Shown: piece by piece, positions 9,260 to 18,634 of the stretch
How positions within the stretch are numbered: the first letter of the stretch is position 1
How the letters are laid out: each line of letters opens with the position of its first letter
The notes under the pieces: model-generated
Told to the model about the DNA's origin: nothing
Database searches by the model: none
The model's input: only the letters and a program-made list of their open reading frames with translations
Translations under genes and position numbers: made by a program
From: Polyangia bacterium
Lineage (GTDB): Bacteria > Myxococcota_A > Polyangia > Palsa-1104
NCBI GenBank assembly: GCA_039923495.1
Contig: JBDTCO010000042.1
Coordinates: forward strand, 7,925-71,924
Reading direction: 5' to 3'
Length of the DNA stretch: 64,000 nucleotides

Positions 9260-10864
9260 TTGACCCCGGTGCGCGCGCATCTCGAGAGCATCGTCGAGGG
9301 TCAGCGACGCAAGCAGCTGCTTGCGACGGTGATCGCGGCGATCGCCGAGGCGTTGCTGTTCGGGGCGCTCGTGTTCGCCGTGTTCCGGCTCGGCATGCCG
9401 AACCTGGTGCTGTCGAAGCCGCGGCGGCTCGCACTCGTGGCGCTCGTGCTCATCGCGTTCGCGCTCGCGTTCCTCGTCGAGCAGCGTCGCCAGGCGCGCT
9501 CGACGCTCTACTGGGCCAAGCTCATCGACGACACCAACCAGCTCGGCGATCACCTCGTCTCCGCGCTCGCGTTCGCCGATCCCGCGGAGACTGGCTTCGA
9601 GCAGGCGTGCGTGAACTCGCTCGTCGGCCGCCTCTCCCACATGCAGCTGCGGCTGCCCGACGTGCGCATCGAGCGCCTCTGGCTCATCGCGCCCGCGATC
9701 CTGCTCGCCTGTGCGACCGCCGGCATCGACTACCAGCGGCGCAAGCGCCCGCAGGACGACGGTCACCAGGTGGTCGTCCTGTCTACCGACTTCACGCAGC
9801 GCTGGGAGAAGTCGCTCGATGATGCCTCGGGCTCGGCGACGAAGGCCGATGCGCGCCTCGTCGATGCGGCGCGCGAGGCGAAGAAGCTGCTCGGGGATCT
9901 GGGCGGTCAGTCGGTGTCGAAGGAGTCGATCGTCGCGCGCACCTCCGCGGAGACGGCGGCGCTCGACGAGTTCGAGCGCGACAACCCGAGCATCATCCAG
10001 GCCGCGCTGCAGATCGGCAACCCGAGCACGCAGCGCGCGCGTGCGTTCGTCAACGGCGTGCAGTCGGGTCAGACCGCGGCGGTGAACGACGCGCTCGAGA
10101 ACATCGAGAAGGCGCTGAGCGGCCAGAGCCCGCCGGCGCTATCGCCCGAGGAGCGCGACGAGCTCAAGGGCGCCATGAAGGAGCTCGCGCGCGCCACCGG
10201 CAATCACGCGCTCGCCGAGGCGCTCGACCAGGTGGGCGACACCATCACGGATCAGACGCAGGACGCTGCGACCGCGAAGGCAGTCGGTGCGCTGCGCCCG
10301 GTGATGTCCAACCAGGTCGCAGCCGAGGTCGACGCGAAGAAGCTCATCCAGCAGGTGCGTCAGATGATCGCCGCGACCAACCGCAGCGTGAACCTGCAGA
10401 CGAAGCAGTTCGTCGCGAGCACCACGCCGCGGCAGCCCGGCAGCGAAGGCAGCGCGGATGCGGGTCCCGCGGGCGTGGCGCAAAAGGGCGAGCCCGGTGG
10501 CGAGGTCACGCCGGGAAGTGGCGTGGACGATGCGCCCGGTGAGAAGCCCAGCGGCGGTCCATCCGCAGGCAGCGCGACCGATCCGAACTTCCGCAACGGG
10601 AGCCCCGAGGCGCCGGCGAACAGTGGCGACGAGCGCGTGAGCTCGCCGTGGGTCGGTGCGCCGGTCCGTCAGCTCGTCGCGGCGGCATCTGCCAGCGACA
10701 AGGGTGCGCAAAATGCATATCGTGAGCAGCTCGCTGCCACGCGTCGTGTCGCAGAGAACGAAGTGCAACGAGAGCAGATCCCCGCGGAGTACGCGGGAGC
10801 CATCCGGACTTACTTCTTCAACCTCCAGCAGGACTGGGATCAAAAATGGAAGCCGAGCAAGTAG
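9260..10864 (+). CDS. Membrane protein of unknown function, first gene of the MoxR/Bat-like operon
   Basis: Two N-terminal TM helices followed by a long Ala/Glu/Gln-rich domain. Its 3' end overlaps the MoxR start by 19 nt. TTG start as given by the track; the exact start is uncertain. Confidence 0.55.
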   Translation: MTPVRAHLESIVEGQRRKQLLATVIAAIAEALLFGALVFAVFRLGMPNLVLSKPRRLALVALVLIAFALAFLVEQRRQARSTLYWAKLIDDTNQLGDHLVSALAFADPAETGFEQACVNSLVGRLSHMQLRLPDVRIERLWLIAPAILLACATAGIDYQRRKRPQDDGHQVVVLSTDFTQRWEKSLDDASGSATKADARLVDAAREAKKLLGDLGGQSVSKESIVARTSAETAALDEFERDNPSIIQAALQIGNPSTQRARAFVNGVQSGQTAAVNDALENIEKALSGQSPPALSPEERDELKGAMKELARATGNHALAEALDQVGDTITDQTQDAATAKAVGALRPVMSNQVAAEVDAKKLIQQVRQMIAATNRSVNLQTKQFVASTTPRQPGSEGSADAGPAGVAQKGEPGGEVTPGSGVDDAPGEKPSGGPSAGSATDPNFRNGSPEAPANSGDERVSSPWVGAPVRQLVAAASASDKGAQNAYREQLAATRRVAENEVQREQIPAEYAGAIRTYFFNLQQDWDQKWKPSK

Positions 10865-11829
10865 AGCGCAACGTACAGGCCTTCGGAGAGCTGTTCCGGA
10901 GCATCGAGACCTCGCTCGGGAAGACCATCGTCGGTCAACGCGACGTGGTGCAGAGCCTCGTGGTCGGTGTCCTCGCGGGAGGACACGTCCTCCTCGAGGG
11001 GGCACCCGGCCTCGGAAAGACGAAGCTGGTCAAGGCGCTGTCCGACATCTTCTCGCTGAAGTTCGGGCGCATCCAGTGCACGCCCGACCTCATGCCCGTC
11101 GACATCCTCGGCACGAACGTGCTGTCGACCGAGGGGAACACGCGCTTCCAGCCGGGACCGGTGTTCGTCAACATCCTCCTCGCCGACGAGGTGAACCGAG
11201 CCACGCCGAAGACGCAGTCGGCGCTGCTCGAGGCCATGGAAGAGCGAACCGTCACGCTCTACGGCCAGACGCATCCGCTCCCGCGCCCCTTCTTCGTCGT
11301 CGCGACGCAGAACCCGCTCGAGATGGAAGGCACGTACCCGCTGCCGGAAGCGCAGCTCGATCGCTTCCTCTTCAAGCTCGTCATCGACCACCCGCCGATG
11401 GCCGACATGCGACAGATCCTCGATCCCTCGATGATGACGCCGCACCACCCGAAGCCGATCCCCGGTGATCAGCTCGTGAAGATGCAGGAGACCATCACGC
11501 GCATGCCGATTGCCGCGCCCGTGCGCGACTACGCGATCCGCCTTTATCGTGCAACCAACCCGCAGTTCGAGGAGTCGAGCCCGGTCGTCAAGAAGTACGT
11601 CCGCTACGGCGCCAGCCCGCGTGGCGCGCAGGCGCTCGTGTTCGCCGGTCGCGTGTGGGCGATGACGCAGGGCCGCTATCACGTGTCGTCGGCGGACATC
11701 AAGAAGTCAGCTGTCGCCGTGCTGCGCCACCGCATGGTCCTCAACTTCGAGGCCGAGGCGGACAGCGTCACGGCGCTGCAGATCGTCGAGCAGATCCTCG
11801 AGCAGGTCCAGGAAGGCCCGGCGCGCTAG
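10846..11829 (+). CDS. MoxR-family AAA+ ATPase
   Basis: Walker A GAPGLGKT, Walker B LLADEVNRA, and the FFVVATQNPLEMEGTYPLPEAQLDRF motif. Confidence 0.92.
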   Translation: MEAEQVERNVQAFGELFRSIETSLGKTIVGQRDVVQSLVVGVLAGGHVLLEGAPGLGKTKLVKALSDIFSLKFGRIQCTPDLMPVDILGTNVLSTEGNTRFQPGPVFVNILLADEVNRATPKTQSALLEAMEERTVTLYGQTHPLPRPFFVVATQNPLEMEGTYPLPEAQLDRFLFKLVIDHPPMADMRQILDPSMMTPHHPKPIPGDQLVKMQETITRMPIAAPVRDYAIRLYRATNPQFEESSPVVKKYVRYGASPRGAQALVFAGRVWAMTQGRYHVSSADIKKSAVAVLRHRMVLNFEAEADSVTALQIVEQILEQVQEGPAR

Positions 11830-11836
11830 CTCGTAG

Positions 11837-12718
11837 ATGGAGCGCCTCAGCGACAACGTCGATTTCCTCGGCCAGCTCGAGTACGTGAACATCGCCGCCC
11901 GGCGACTGTTCGGTGGTCAGCTGCTGGGCTTTCGGCGGTCGCGGCGCTTCGGCACCGGCCAGGAGTACGCCGACTTCCGTCCGTACTCGACGGGCGACGA
12001 CATCCGTCAGCTCTACTGGCAGGCGTACCTCCAGCACCGTCGCCTCATCATCAAGCTGTTCGAGGAGTCGGCCGAGATCAACATCTACCTCCTCATCGAC
12101 ACGTCGGCGTCGATGGGGCGCGGCAAGCCGGAGAAGCTGCTCTACGCGAAGAAGATCGCCGCCTCGCTCGCGTACATCGCGCTCGGCTCGCAGGACCGCG
12201 TCACCATCGTCCCGTTCGCGCGGGACGTCGACGTCAGCGCGCGCCCGCTGCACGGACGTGGTCGCTTCGTCGATGTGCTCAGGCGCCTCGACGGCATCGA
12301 GCCGACGGGGCAGACCGATCTCACCTACGCGGTACGCCACTTCGCGCAGCGCTACACCCGTCGCGGGCTCGTCGTCATCCTCAGCGACTTCTTCGATCCT
12401 GCCGACTACAGCCAGGCCATCAAGATCCTCCATCACAACCACTTCCTCGTGACGTCGATGACCATCAACGAGAAGGAAGAGGTGGAGCCCACGCTGCGCG
12501 GCGACTTCGAGCTCGTCGACTGCGAGACGGGCAGCTTCGAGACCGCACGCATGACGCCCGGCACCATCGCAGCGTACAAGGTCGCGCTCGCCCACCACTA
12601 CGGCGAGCTGCAGCGGCTCTCGGCCGCGTTCGGCTACCAGACCGTCGCCGCGCGCACCGACCAGCCGTTCCAGGACTTCCTCATCGACATGTTCCGTCGC
12701 GGCGTACTCGTCCGATGA
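11837..12718 (+). CDS. DUF58 domain protein (MoxR partner)
   Basis: Characteristic FRPYSTGDDIRQLYWQAY motif and a VWA-like LLIDTSASM. Canonical position directly after MoxR. Confidence 0.85.
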   Translation: MERLSDNVDFLGQLEYVNIAARRLFGGQLLGFRRSRRFGTGQEYADFRPYSTGDDIRQLYWQAYLQHRRLIIKLFEESAEINIYLLIDTSASMGRGKPEKLLYAKKIAASLAYIALGSQDRVTIVPFARDVDVSARPLHGRGRFVDVLRRLDGIEPTGQTDLTYAVRHFAQRYTRRGLVVILSDFFDPADYSQAIKILHHNHFLVTSMTINEKEEVEPTLRGDFELVDCETGSFETARMTPGTIAAYKVALAHHYGELQRLSAAFGYQTVAARTDQPFQDFLIDMFRRGVLVR

Positions 12719-12753
12719 GTTGCCCGATGAGTTGCCCGATGAGTTGCCGATGA
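12712..12753. repeat. Tandem 12-bp repeat (CCGATGAGTTGC, about 3.5 copies) across the DUF58 stop / BatA-like start junction
   Basis: Read directly: copies at 12712-12723, 12724-12735 and 12736-12747, then a partial copy lacking one C. Each copy contains ATGA. Confidence 0.9.
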
Positions 12754-14558
12754 CGCTCCTCGGACTCGGTCCCGTCTGGGTGGGCGTGCTCGCCGCCCTC
12801 GGCGTCGTCGCCTCGGTGCTGCTCTACCTGCGCCAGTGGGGACGTCGGCGTGTCGTGGTCGCGTTCTCGCCGCTGTGGAAGCGCGTGCTCGCGGAGGCCG
12901 ACGTCGGCACACGGCGTCGGCGCGTCCTCGAGCTGCTCTCGCTCGTGCTGCAGGTCGCGGTCGTGCTGCTGCTCGTGCTCGCGCTCGGTCGTCCGCTGGT
13001 CGGTCGCAAGCCGAGCGTGCAGGTCATCGTCATCGACACGTCCGCGTCGATGCTCGCCAGGCGCCAGCCGCGCGGGGATCGTCTGTCGGCCGCGAAGCAG
13101 AAGGCGCTCGAGCTGATGGACCGCGTGTCCGACGCGGACGAGGTCGCCCTCGTGACCTCCGGTGGCGAGCCGCGCCTCCTGTCGGCGCCGACCCGCGACC
13201 ACTACAGCGTGCGCAGCCGCATCGTGCAGCTCGAGGGCTGCGCGTGCGAGGGGCGCCTGCGCGAGGCCGTGAACATCGCGCATGCGCTCGTCACCGATCC
13301 CCACCAGATCTCCGTCTTCACCGATGGTGACGAGGCGCTCGACGAGGCCGAGGAAGCGCGCGTGCTGTCGTTCGGCAAGGCGGCGTCCAACATCGGGATC
13401 ACGCTGCTCGGTGCGCGGGCGGCACCGGCGAACCCGGGTCGCTACGACGTGCTGCTCGAGATCCGCAGCTTCGCGGCAACGAAGGCGCATGCGCAGCTCC
13501 GCGTCACGGTCGATGGCCAGCTCGTGCAGCTCGACGACGTCCGCCTCGAGCCGGGCGAGCGCAAGATCGTCGCGCTCCCCACGCTCGTGCAGGAGCGCGG
13601 CGTCGGGCTCCTCAAGGCCGAGCTCTACAACATCGAGATCGAGGGTGCGATCGATGCGCTGGCGCAGGACGATGTCGGCTACACGCTGCTCGCGCCCGAG
13701 GCCGAGTATCCGGTTCGCCTCTACACCGACAGCCCGAGCGGGCGCTACGTGCGCGAGGTGCTGCGCGCCAACCCGCGCTACCGCGTCGTCGACATCGATC
13801 GTGGCCAGTCGCAGGAGGCCGCGGGCAGCATCACGGTCCTCGTTGGTGAGGCTGCGCCGAAGTTGCCCGGGCGTTACCTCGTTCTCGGCGCTGCTGCGGC
13901 GGATCGCAAGCCGCTCGCGGACGCGATGTTCACCGACTGGCGCAGTGATCACCCGATCCTCAAGCAGGTGTCGCTGCTCGACATCGTCATCAAGGCAGGC
14001 AGCGCCGGTGATGCCCCGGAGGGCGCGCAGGTGCTGGGCCGCTTCGGCGAGGTCCCGCTCCTCTACGTGAGCCAGCGCTCCGATCGCACCGAGGTCGGCA
14101 TCACGTTCGACCTCTCGGACTCCAACCTCCCGCTGCGTGTCGCGTTCCCGGTCCTCGTCTACAACGCGATCGACTGGATGCTCGGCTCCGACGAGCTCGA
14201 GGCCGCGCGCTCGCTCGGCCGTCGCTGGCACATCGAGCGCGTTGGCGGTGGGCCGGTGAAGAAGCTGTCGGTCACCGGCCCGTCGCCGCACGTCGAGGCC
14301 ACCGCGCAGGGCAGCGTCATCGTGGTCGATGGCGCGAACGCCGCGGGCCTCTACGAGATCCGCGCCGACGACGAGACGTTCCGCGTCGCGGCGAGCCTCA
14401 CCTCCAGCCACGAGTCCGATCTGCGCACGGTCACGAAAGGCAACGGCAATACGAGCACGCTCCCGCGCGCCTCTGACCTCTGGTCCTGGCTCGTGTACGC
14501 GGCGTTCGGCGTGCTGGTCCTCGAGTGGTTCCTCTATCACCGGAGGATCACGTCGTGA
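12750..14558 (+). CDS. BatA-like protein (aerotolerance-regulator N-terminal TM domain plus VWA domain)
   Basis: MTLLGLGPVWVGVLAALGVVASVLLYL is a typical BatA N-terminus. VWA MIDAS motif VIVIDTSASM. C-terminal TM helix. ATG 12750 is preferred over the track's TTG 12720, which only adds repeat-encoded PDELPDELP. Confidence 0.75.
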   Translation: MTLLGLGPVWVGVLAALGVVASVLLYLRQWGRRRVVVAFSPLWKRVLAEADVGTRRRRVLELLSLVLQVAVVLLLVLALGRPLVGRKPSVQVIVIDTSASMLARRQPRGDRLSAAKQKALELMDRVSDADEVALVTSGGEPRLLSAPTRDHYSVRSRIVQLEGCACEGRLREAVNIAHALVTDPHQISVFTDGDEALDEAEEARVLSFGKAASNIGITLLGARAAPANPGRYDVLLEIRSFAATKAHAQLRVTVDGQLVQLDDVRLEPGERKIVALPTLVQERGVGLLKAELYNIEIEGAIDALAQDDVGYTLLAPEAEYPVRLYTDSPSGRYVREVLRANPRYRVVDIDRGQSQEAAGSITVLVGEAAPKLPGRYLVLGAAAADRKPLADAMFTDWRSDHPILKQVSLLDIVIKAGSAGDAPEGAQVLGRFGEVPLLYVSQRSDRTEVGITFDLSDSNLPLRVAFPVLVYNAIDWMLGSDELEAARSLGRRWHIERVGGGPVKKLSVTGPSPHVEATAQGSVIVVDGANAAGLYEIRADDETFRVAASLTSSHESDLRTVTKGNGNTSTLPRASDLWSWLVYAAFGVLVLEWFLYHRRITS

Positions 14559-17053
14559 CGTTGTCCGCCCCGATCTTCCTCCTGCTCGTCCCGCTCGTCG
14601 GCTGGTACGCGTGGCGCGTCTGGAAGGCGTCCTTCGTCGATCCGCGTCGCGCGATGCTCGGCACGCGCATCGCGCTCTTCGCGCTGCTGGCCATGGCGCT
14701 CGCCCGCCCCGAGGTGTCGCTGCCTACACGCAACGTCGGCGTGCTCGCGCTCGTCGACGATTCGGTGAGCATGTTGCCGAGCCGCCGCGCCGCAGTGAAG
14801 GCCGCGCTCGGACAGCTCGCCGCGACGCACCCTGACCTCAGGGTCTGGCGCTTCGGTGCCGACGTCGCGAAGGCCACGGTCGCGGAGCCCTTTGGTCCGA
14901 AGCCGCAGACGGAGACGCGGCTCGAGCGCGCGCTGTTCGCCGCTGAAGGAGCGTTCGGCGACGCGGGGGCGCGACGCATCGTGCTGTTCTCCGACGGTCG
15001 CGAGACGAGCGGTGACGCTCGTCGCGCAGCTCGCGCGCTCGGCGCCGAGAAGATCCAGATCATGCCGGTACGGCTGCCCGCCGCCACGGATCCCGAGGTC
15101 GCGATCGTCGATGTCCACGCGCCGGACGCAGCGCGCAAGGGCGAGCAGACCGAGGTACGCATCGTCGTGCGCTCGACGCTCGCGCAGAAAGCGCGCATCA
15201 CGCTGACCGAGGGCGGGCGTCCGGTGTGGGAAGACAACGTCCAGCTCAAGGCTGGCGACAACGACCTGCCCGCATCGATGGCCTTCGAGTCGAGCGGTCG
15301 AGTCGAGCTGCGCGCCGAGGTGCAGGCCGAGCAGGATACGATCAAGGACAACAACTTCCGGGAACAGACCCTCTACGTCGCGGGTCCTCCGCGCGTGCTC
15401 TTCGGCCTCTCGCAGCTCGATCAGGCGAGCGCGCTCGCGGATGCGCTCACGCTGCAGGGCATCGACGTCGTGCGCTTCGATCCGCCGGGTGCGCCGCAGT
15501 CGATCGATGAGCTCGCGGGCTTCGATGCCATCGTGCTCGACGAGCTGGTGCCCGCGCGTCTCGACGAGTTCACGCAGTCACTCATCGAGTCGTACGTGCG
15601 CGACCTCGGCGGTGGGCTGCTGTTCGTCACCGGCCAGGTCGGGCTCGGCACGCTCGATCGCAACTCACCCATCCAGCGCGTCCTCCCGCTCGGCTCCGAA
15701 GATCGCGTCGAGAACCAGGTCCCGCCCGTCGCCATGGTCATGGTCGTCGACCGCTCTGGCTCGATGGAGGGTGACAAGCTCGCGTGGACGAAGCGCGCCG
15801 CGCTCGGCACGCTCGACGCGCTACCGCCCGACGCACAGGTCGGACTCGTCGCCTTCGACGCGGAGTTTCGCTGGATCGCGCCGCTCAACGTCGTCTCCAA
15901 CCGCCAGGTCCTGACCGACGAGATCAACTCGCTCTCGGCCGGCGGCGGCACGCGCTTTTACCCGGCGCTCGAAGACGTGTTCTTCCAGCTCGGGCAGAGC
16001 AAGGCCGCCGTGAAGCACATCGTCCTCCTCACGGATGGCCTTTCCACCGACGGCGTCGACTTCAAGCCGCTCGCCCAGAAGATGGCCGCCGCGGGAATCA
16101 CGTGCACGACGGTCGCCATCAGCCGCGATGCTGACCTACCGCTGCTCCGCGAGATCGCGAAGATCTCCGGCGGTCGCTCGTTCGTCACGGACAGCGCGGC
16201 CGAGGTGAAGCGCATCTTCGCCGACGAGTCGCGCCTCCAGACGAAGCGCGCGCAGATCGATCATCCGTTCACGCCGACACTGAGCGGCTACTTCGCGCCG
16301 CTGGCGCGCCTCGATCTCTCGTCCATGCCGCAGCTCCTCGGCTACGTCGCGACGACGCTCCGGCCCGGAGCGCAGCAGGTCATGACGGCCGAGAACAAGC
16401 AGCCGCTCCTCGGTGTGTGGCGCTACGGCCTCGGTCAGGCCGCCGTGTTCGCATCCGACGTCGACGGCACCTGGGCGCGCGAGTGGGTGAAGTGGCCCGA
16501 GTACCCGCGCGTGTGGTCCGGCGTGCTGCGTCAGCTCATGCGCGATCGCACGTCGAGTGCCCTCACCATCGACGGCAAGGTCATCGACGGCTCGCTCGAG
16601 GTCGTCGCCGACCTCGACGAGGCGCACGCGAAGAACGCGAAGAACCTCGAGGTCGACGTCTACGCCACCGACTCTGCCACCGTCAGCCATCGCATCGAGA
16701 TGACGCGCACCGGCCCGGGGCAGCTGCGCGGCCGAGCGCCGTGGTCCAGCGATGGCTCCATCGTCCTCAACGCCAAGGCGCTGGACGGCTCCGTCCTCCT
16801 CGGCGCAGCGGTGCGCGTCGTCGATCAGCCCATCACGCCGGAGCTCGTGCTCGGGGACGACGATGCGCTGCTCAACACCATCGCGCAGCTCTCGGGTGGT
16901 GAGGTCGTCAGCGTCGCCAACCTCACGCAGGCGAGCACGTCGTCGGCGCAGCACCGCGTCCCGCTCGCGCCGTGGCTGCTCGGCCTCGCGCTGCTGATGT
17001 TTCTCGTCGACCTCTTCGTGAAGCGCGTGCGTCCGACCGCGCCGAGGGCATGA
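14555..17053 (+). CDS. Large membrane-anchored protein with two VWA domains (BatB-like)
   Basis: GTG 14555 overlaps the upstream TGA (GTGA). MIDAS-like motifs LALVDDSVSM and VMVVDRSGSMEGDKL. N- and C-terminal TM helices. Confidence 0.75.
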   Translation: MTLSAPIFLLLVPLVGWYAWRVWKASFVDPRRAMLGTRIALFALLAMALARPEVSLPTRNVGVLALVDDSVSMLPSRRAAVKAALGQLAATHPDLRVWRFGADVAKATVAEPFGPKPQTETRLERALFAAEGAFGDAGARRIVLFSDGRETSGDARRAARALGAEKIQIMPVRLPAATDPEVAIVDVHAPDAARKGEQTEVRIVVRSTLAQKARITLTEGGRPVWEDNVQLKAGDNDLPASMAFESSGRVELRAEVQAEQDTIKDNNFREQTLYVAGPPRVLFGLSQLDQASALADALTLQGIDVVRFDPPGAPQSIDELAGFDAIVLDELVPARLDEFTQSLIESYVRDLGGGLLFVTGQVGLGTLDRNSPIQRVLPLGSEDRVENQVPPVAMVMVVDRSGSMEGDKLAWTKRAALGTLDALPPDAQVGLVAFDAEFRWIAPLNVVSNRQVLTDEINSLSAGGGTRFYPALEDVFFQLGQSKAAVKHIVLLTDGLSTDGVDFKPLAQKMAAAGITCTTVAISRDADLPLLREIAKISGGRSFVTDSAAEVKRIFADESRLQTKRAQIDHPFTPTLSGYFAPLARLDLSSMPQLLGYVATTLRPGAQQVMTAENKQPLLGVWRYGLGQAAVFASDVDGTWAREWVKWPEYPRVWSGVLRQLMRDRTSSALTIDGKVIDGSLEVVADLDEAHAKNAKNLEVDVYATDSATVSHRIEMTRTGPGQLRGRAPWSSDGSIVLNAKALDGSVLLGAAVRVVDQPITPELVLGDDDALLNTIAQLSGGEVVSVANLTQASTSSAQHRVPLAPWLLGLALLMFLVDLFVKRVRPTAPRA

Positions 17054-18630
17054 AGCGTCTCGCGCTCTCCGCCTTCTTGCTCATCGCTGGCTCCTCGTAT
17101 GCGCAGGAGCTCGGCGATCAGGCGGCGTTGCGTCGGGCGCTCGCCGTGGATCCGTTCGCGGTCACCTCGTACCGGATTCTCGCGGGTCGTCTGACCGCGG
17201 CCACGCGGCAGAAGCTCGTCGCCGAGCTGAGCGCGAGCCCACGCTTCGCCGATCAGATCGTTGCCGCGCGTCTGCAGATCGACGCGGGGCAGGCCGCGCT
17301 CGCGCGTGCGCGCCTGCACCAGAGCGTCGCGCAGTTGCCGCCTGACGCGCGGACGCTCGATGCGTACGCCCAGCTCGCGCTCTCCGCCGGCGCCTATGCC
17401 GAGGCATCGACGGCCGCGCAGACCGCGCTGCGCACGGGACGCACCGCGCCGCGCCTCATCGAGGCCGCCATCGCGGAGCTGCGCCAGGGTCATCACAAGG
17501 AAGGCCTCGCGCTCCTCTCCGAGGTGCGCTCGAAGGACGCGGCCGGCGTGGCATCGGAGGCGGCCCTCGACGCGCTGCTCGGTCAGCGCATGGTCGCCGA
17601 GGCAGCCGAGCTGCTGCGCGCGCAGCTGGAGACGCGTCCCGGGCAGACGGTCGTAGGTTCAGTGACGCAGTGGCGACAGCTCGCCGATCTAGAACGACAG
17701 CTCGGTCACGCGGATGCTGCGAACGAGGCGATGCTGAAGGCGCTCGACGTCGAGCCGTCGGCGACCGGCCGACGCTCGATCGCGCAGTCGCTCCTGCACG
17801 CGAGCCGCGACAAGAAGACGATGGTGGCGCTCGAGAAGTCGCTGCAGTCGGCGAAGACAGCGCCGCGTCTGGTGCTCAGAGGCGATACACAGCTCGCGCT
17901 CGGCAAGCCCGCGCAGGCGATCGAGAGCTACACCTCCGCGGCGAAGGCCGACCCCAACGATCCCGAGCCGGAGCTGCGCCTGGCCGCGACCGCGAAGACA
18001 CCGACCGAGCGCGCGGCCCGCTACGCGACCCTCGTCGCAGCGCACCCCAATGACCTGCGCTATGCGCTCGAGCTCGCGGACCTGCGCTTCGCCGCGAAGG
18101 ACGACGCGGGTGGCAGGAAGGCGCTGCGTGATGCGGCCGGGAACCTGTCGACGGCGCCGAGCGCGCAGGATCAGCTCGCGCGACGCCTCGCCGATCACGG
18201 CGACGCCGCCGGCGCGCTGCAGTGTCGCAAGCGCGCCGCGCAGCTCGATCCACGCAACGCAGACTTCGCGTTCTCGCTCGCCGACGCGTATCGCGTGAGC
18301 GGAGATCGCGCCGCGGCGGTCACGGCCTACGACGACGCGTTCGCGCGCACCGATGGCGGGCGCGCCTCGTGGGACCGCATCATCGATGCCTATGAGCGCG
18401 CGGGTTACACGGCGGAGGCCGACGCGCGCTACGTCGCCGCACAGAAGAAGTGGCCCGGGGACATCGCGCTCATGCGTCGTCACGCCGCAGCGCTCGAACG
18501 CGCGAAGCAGTTCGCGCGCGCGATCGCGATCTGGGAGGTGCTGGGGAAGGATGCGCAGCGACCGTTCGACAGGGAGCAGGCGACCTACAACATCGGCCGG
18601 CTGAAGACCCGCCAGATCTCGGAGCAGTAG
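17050..18630 (+). CDS. Secreted TPR-repeat protein (BatC/E-like)
   Basis: ATG 17050 overlaps the upstream stop (ATGA). Signal peptide MKRLALSAFLLIAGSSYAQ. Repeated Ala/Leu-rich 34-mer-like helical pairs. Confidence 0.7.
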   Translation: MKRLALSAFLLIAGSSYAQELGDQAALRRALAVDPFAVTSYRILAGRLTAATRQKLVAELSASPRFADQIVAARLQIDAGQAALARARLHQSVAQLPPDARTLDAYAQLALSAGAYAEASTAAQTALRTGRTAPRLIEAAIAELRQGHHKEGLALLSEVRSKDAAGVASEAALDALLGQRMVAEAAELLRAQLETRPGQTVVGSVTQWRQLADLERQLGHADAANEAMLKALDVEPSATGRRSIAQSLLHASRDKKTMVALEKSLQSAKTAPRLVLRGDTQLALGKPAQAIESYTSAAKADPNDPEPELRLAATAKTPTERAARYATLVAAHPNDLRYALELADLRFAAKDDAGGRKALRDAAGNLSTAPSAQDQLARRLADHGDAAGALQCRKRAAQLDPRNADFAFSLADAYRVSGDRAAAVTAYDDAFARTDGGRASWDRIIDAYERAGYTAEADARYVAAQKKWPGDIALMRRHAAALERAKQFARAIAIWEVLGKDAQRPFDREQATYNIGRLKTRQISEQ

Positions 18631-18634
18631 ACAC

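Noticed and set aside
12681-14540. 619-aa minus-strand ORF antisense to the BatA-like gene. The same applies to 10139..11005, 16136..16954, 17689..19092, 21822..23852, 34188..35864, 40039..42249, 45060..46754 and 50270..52111.
   Set aside because: All are Arg/Glu/Asp/His-rich shadows opposite genes with strong family motifs, and none has a credible domain signature.
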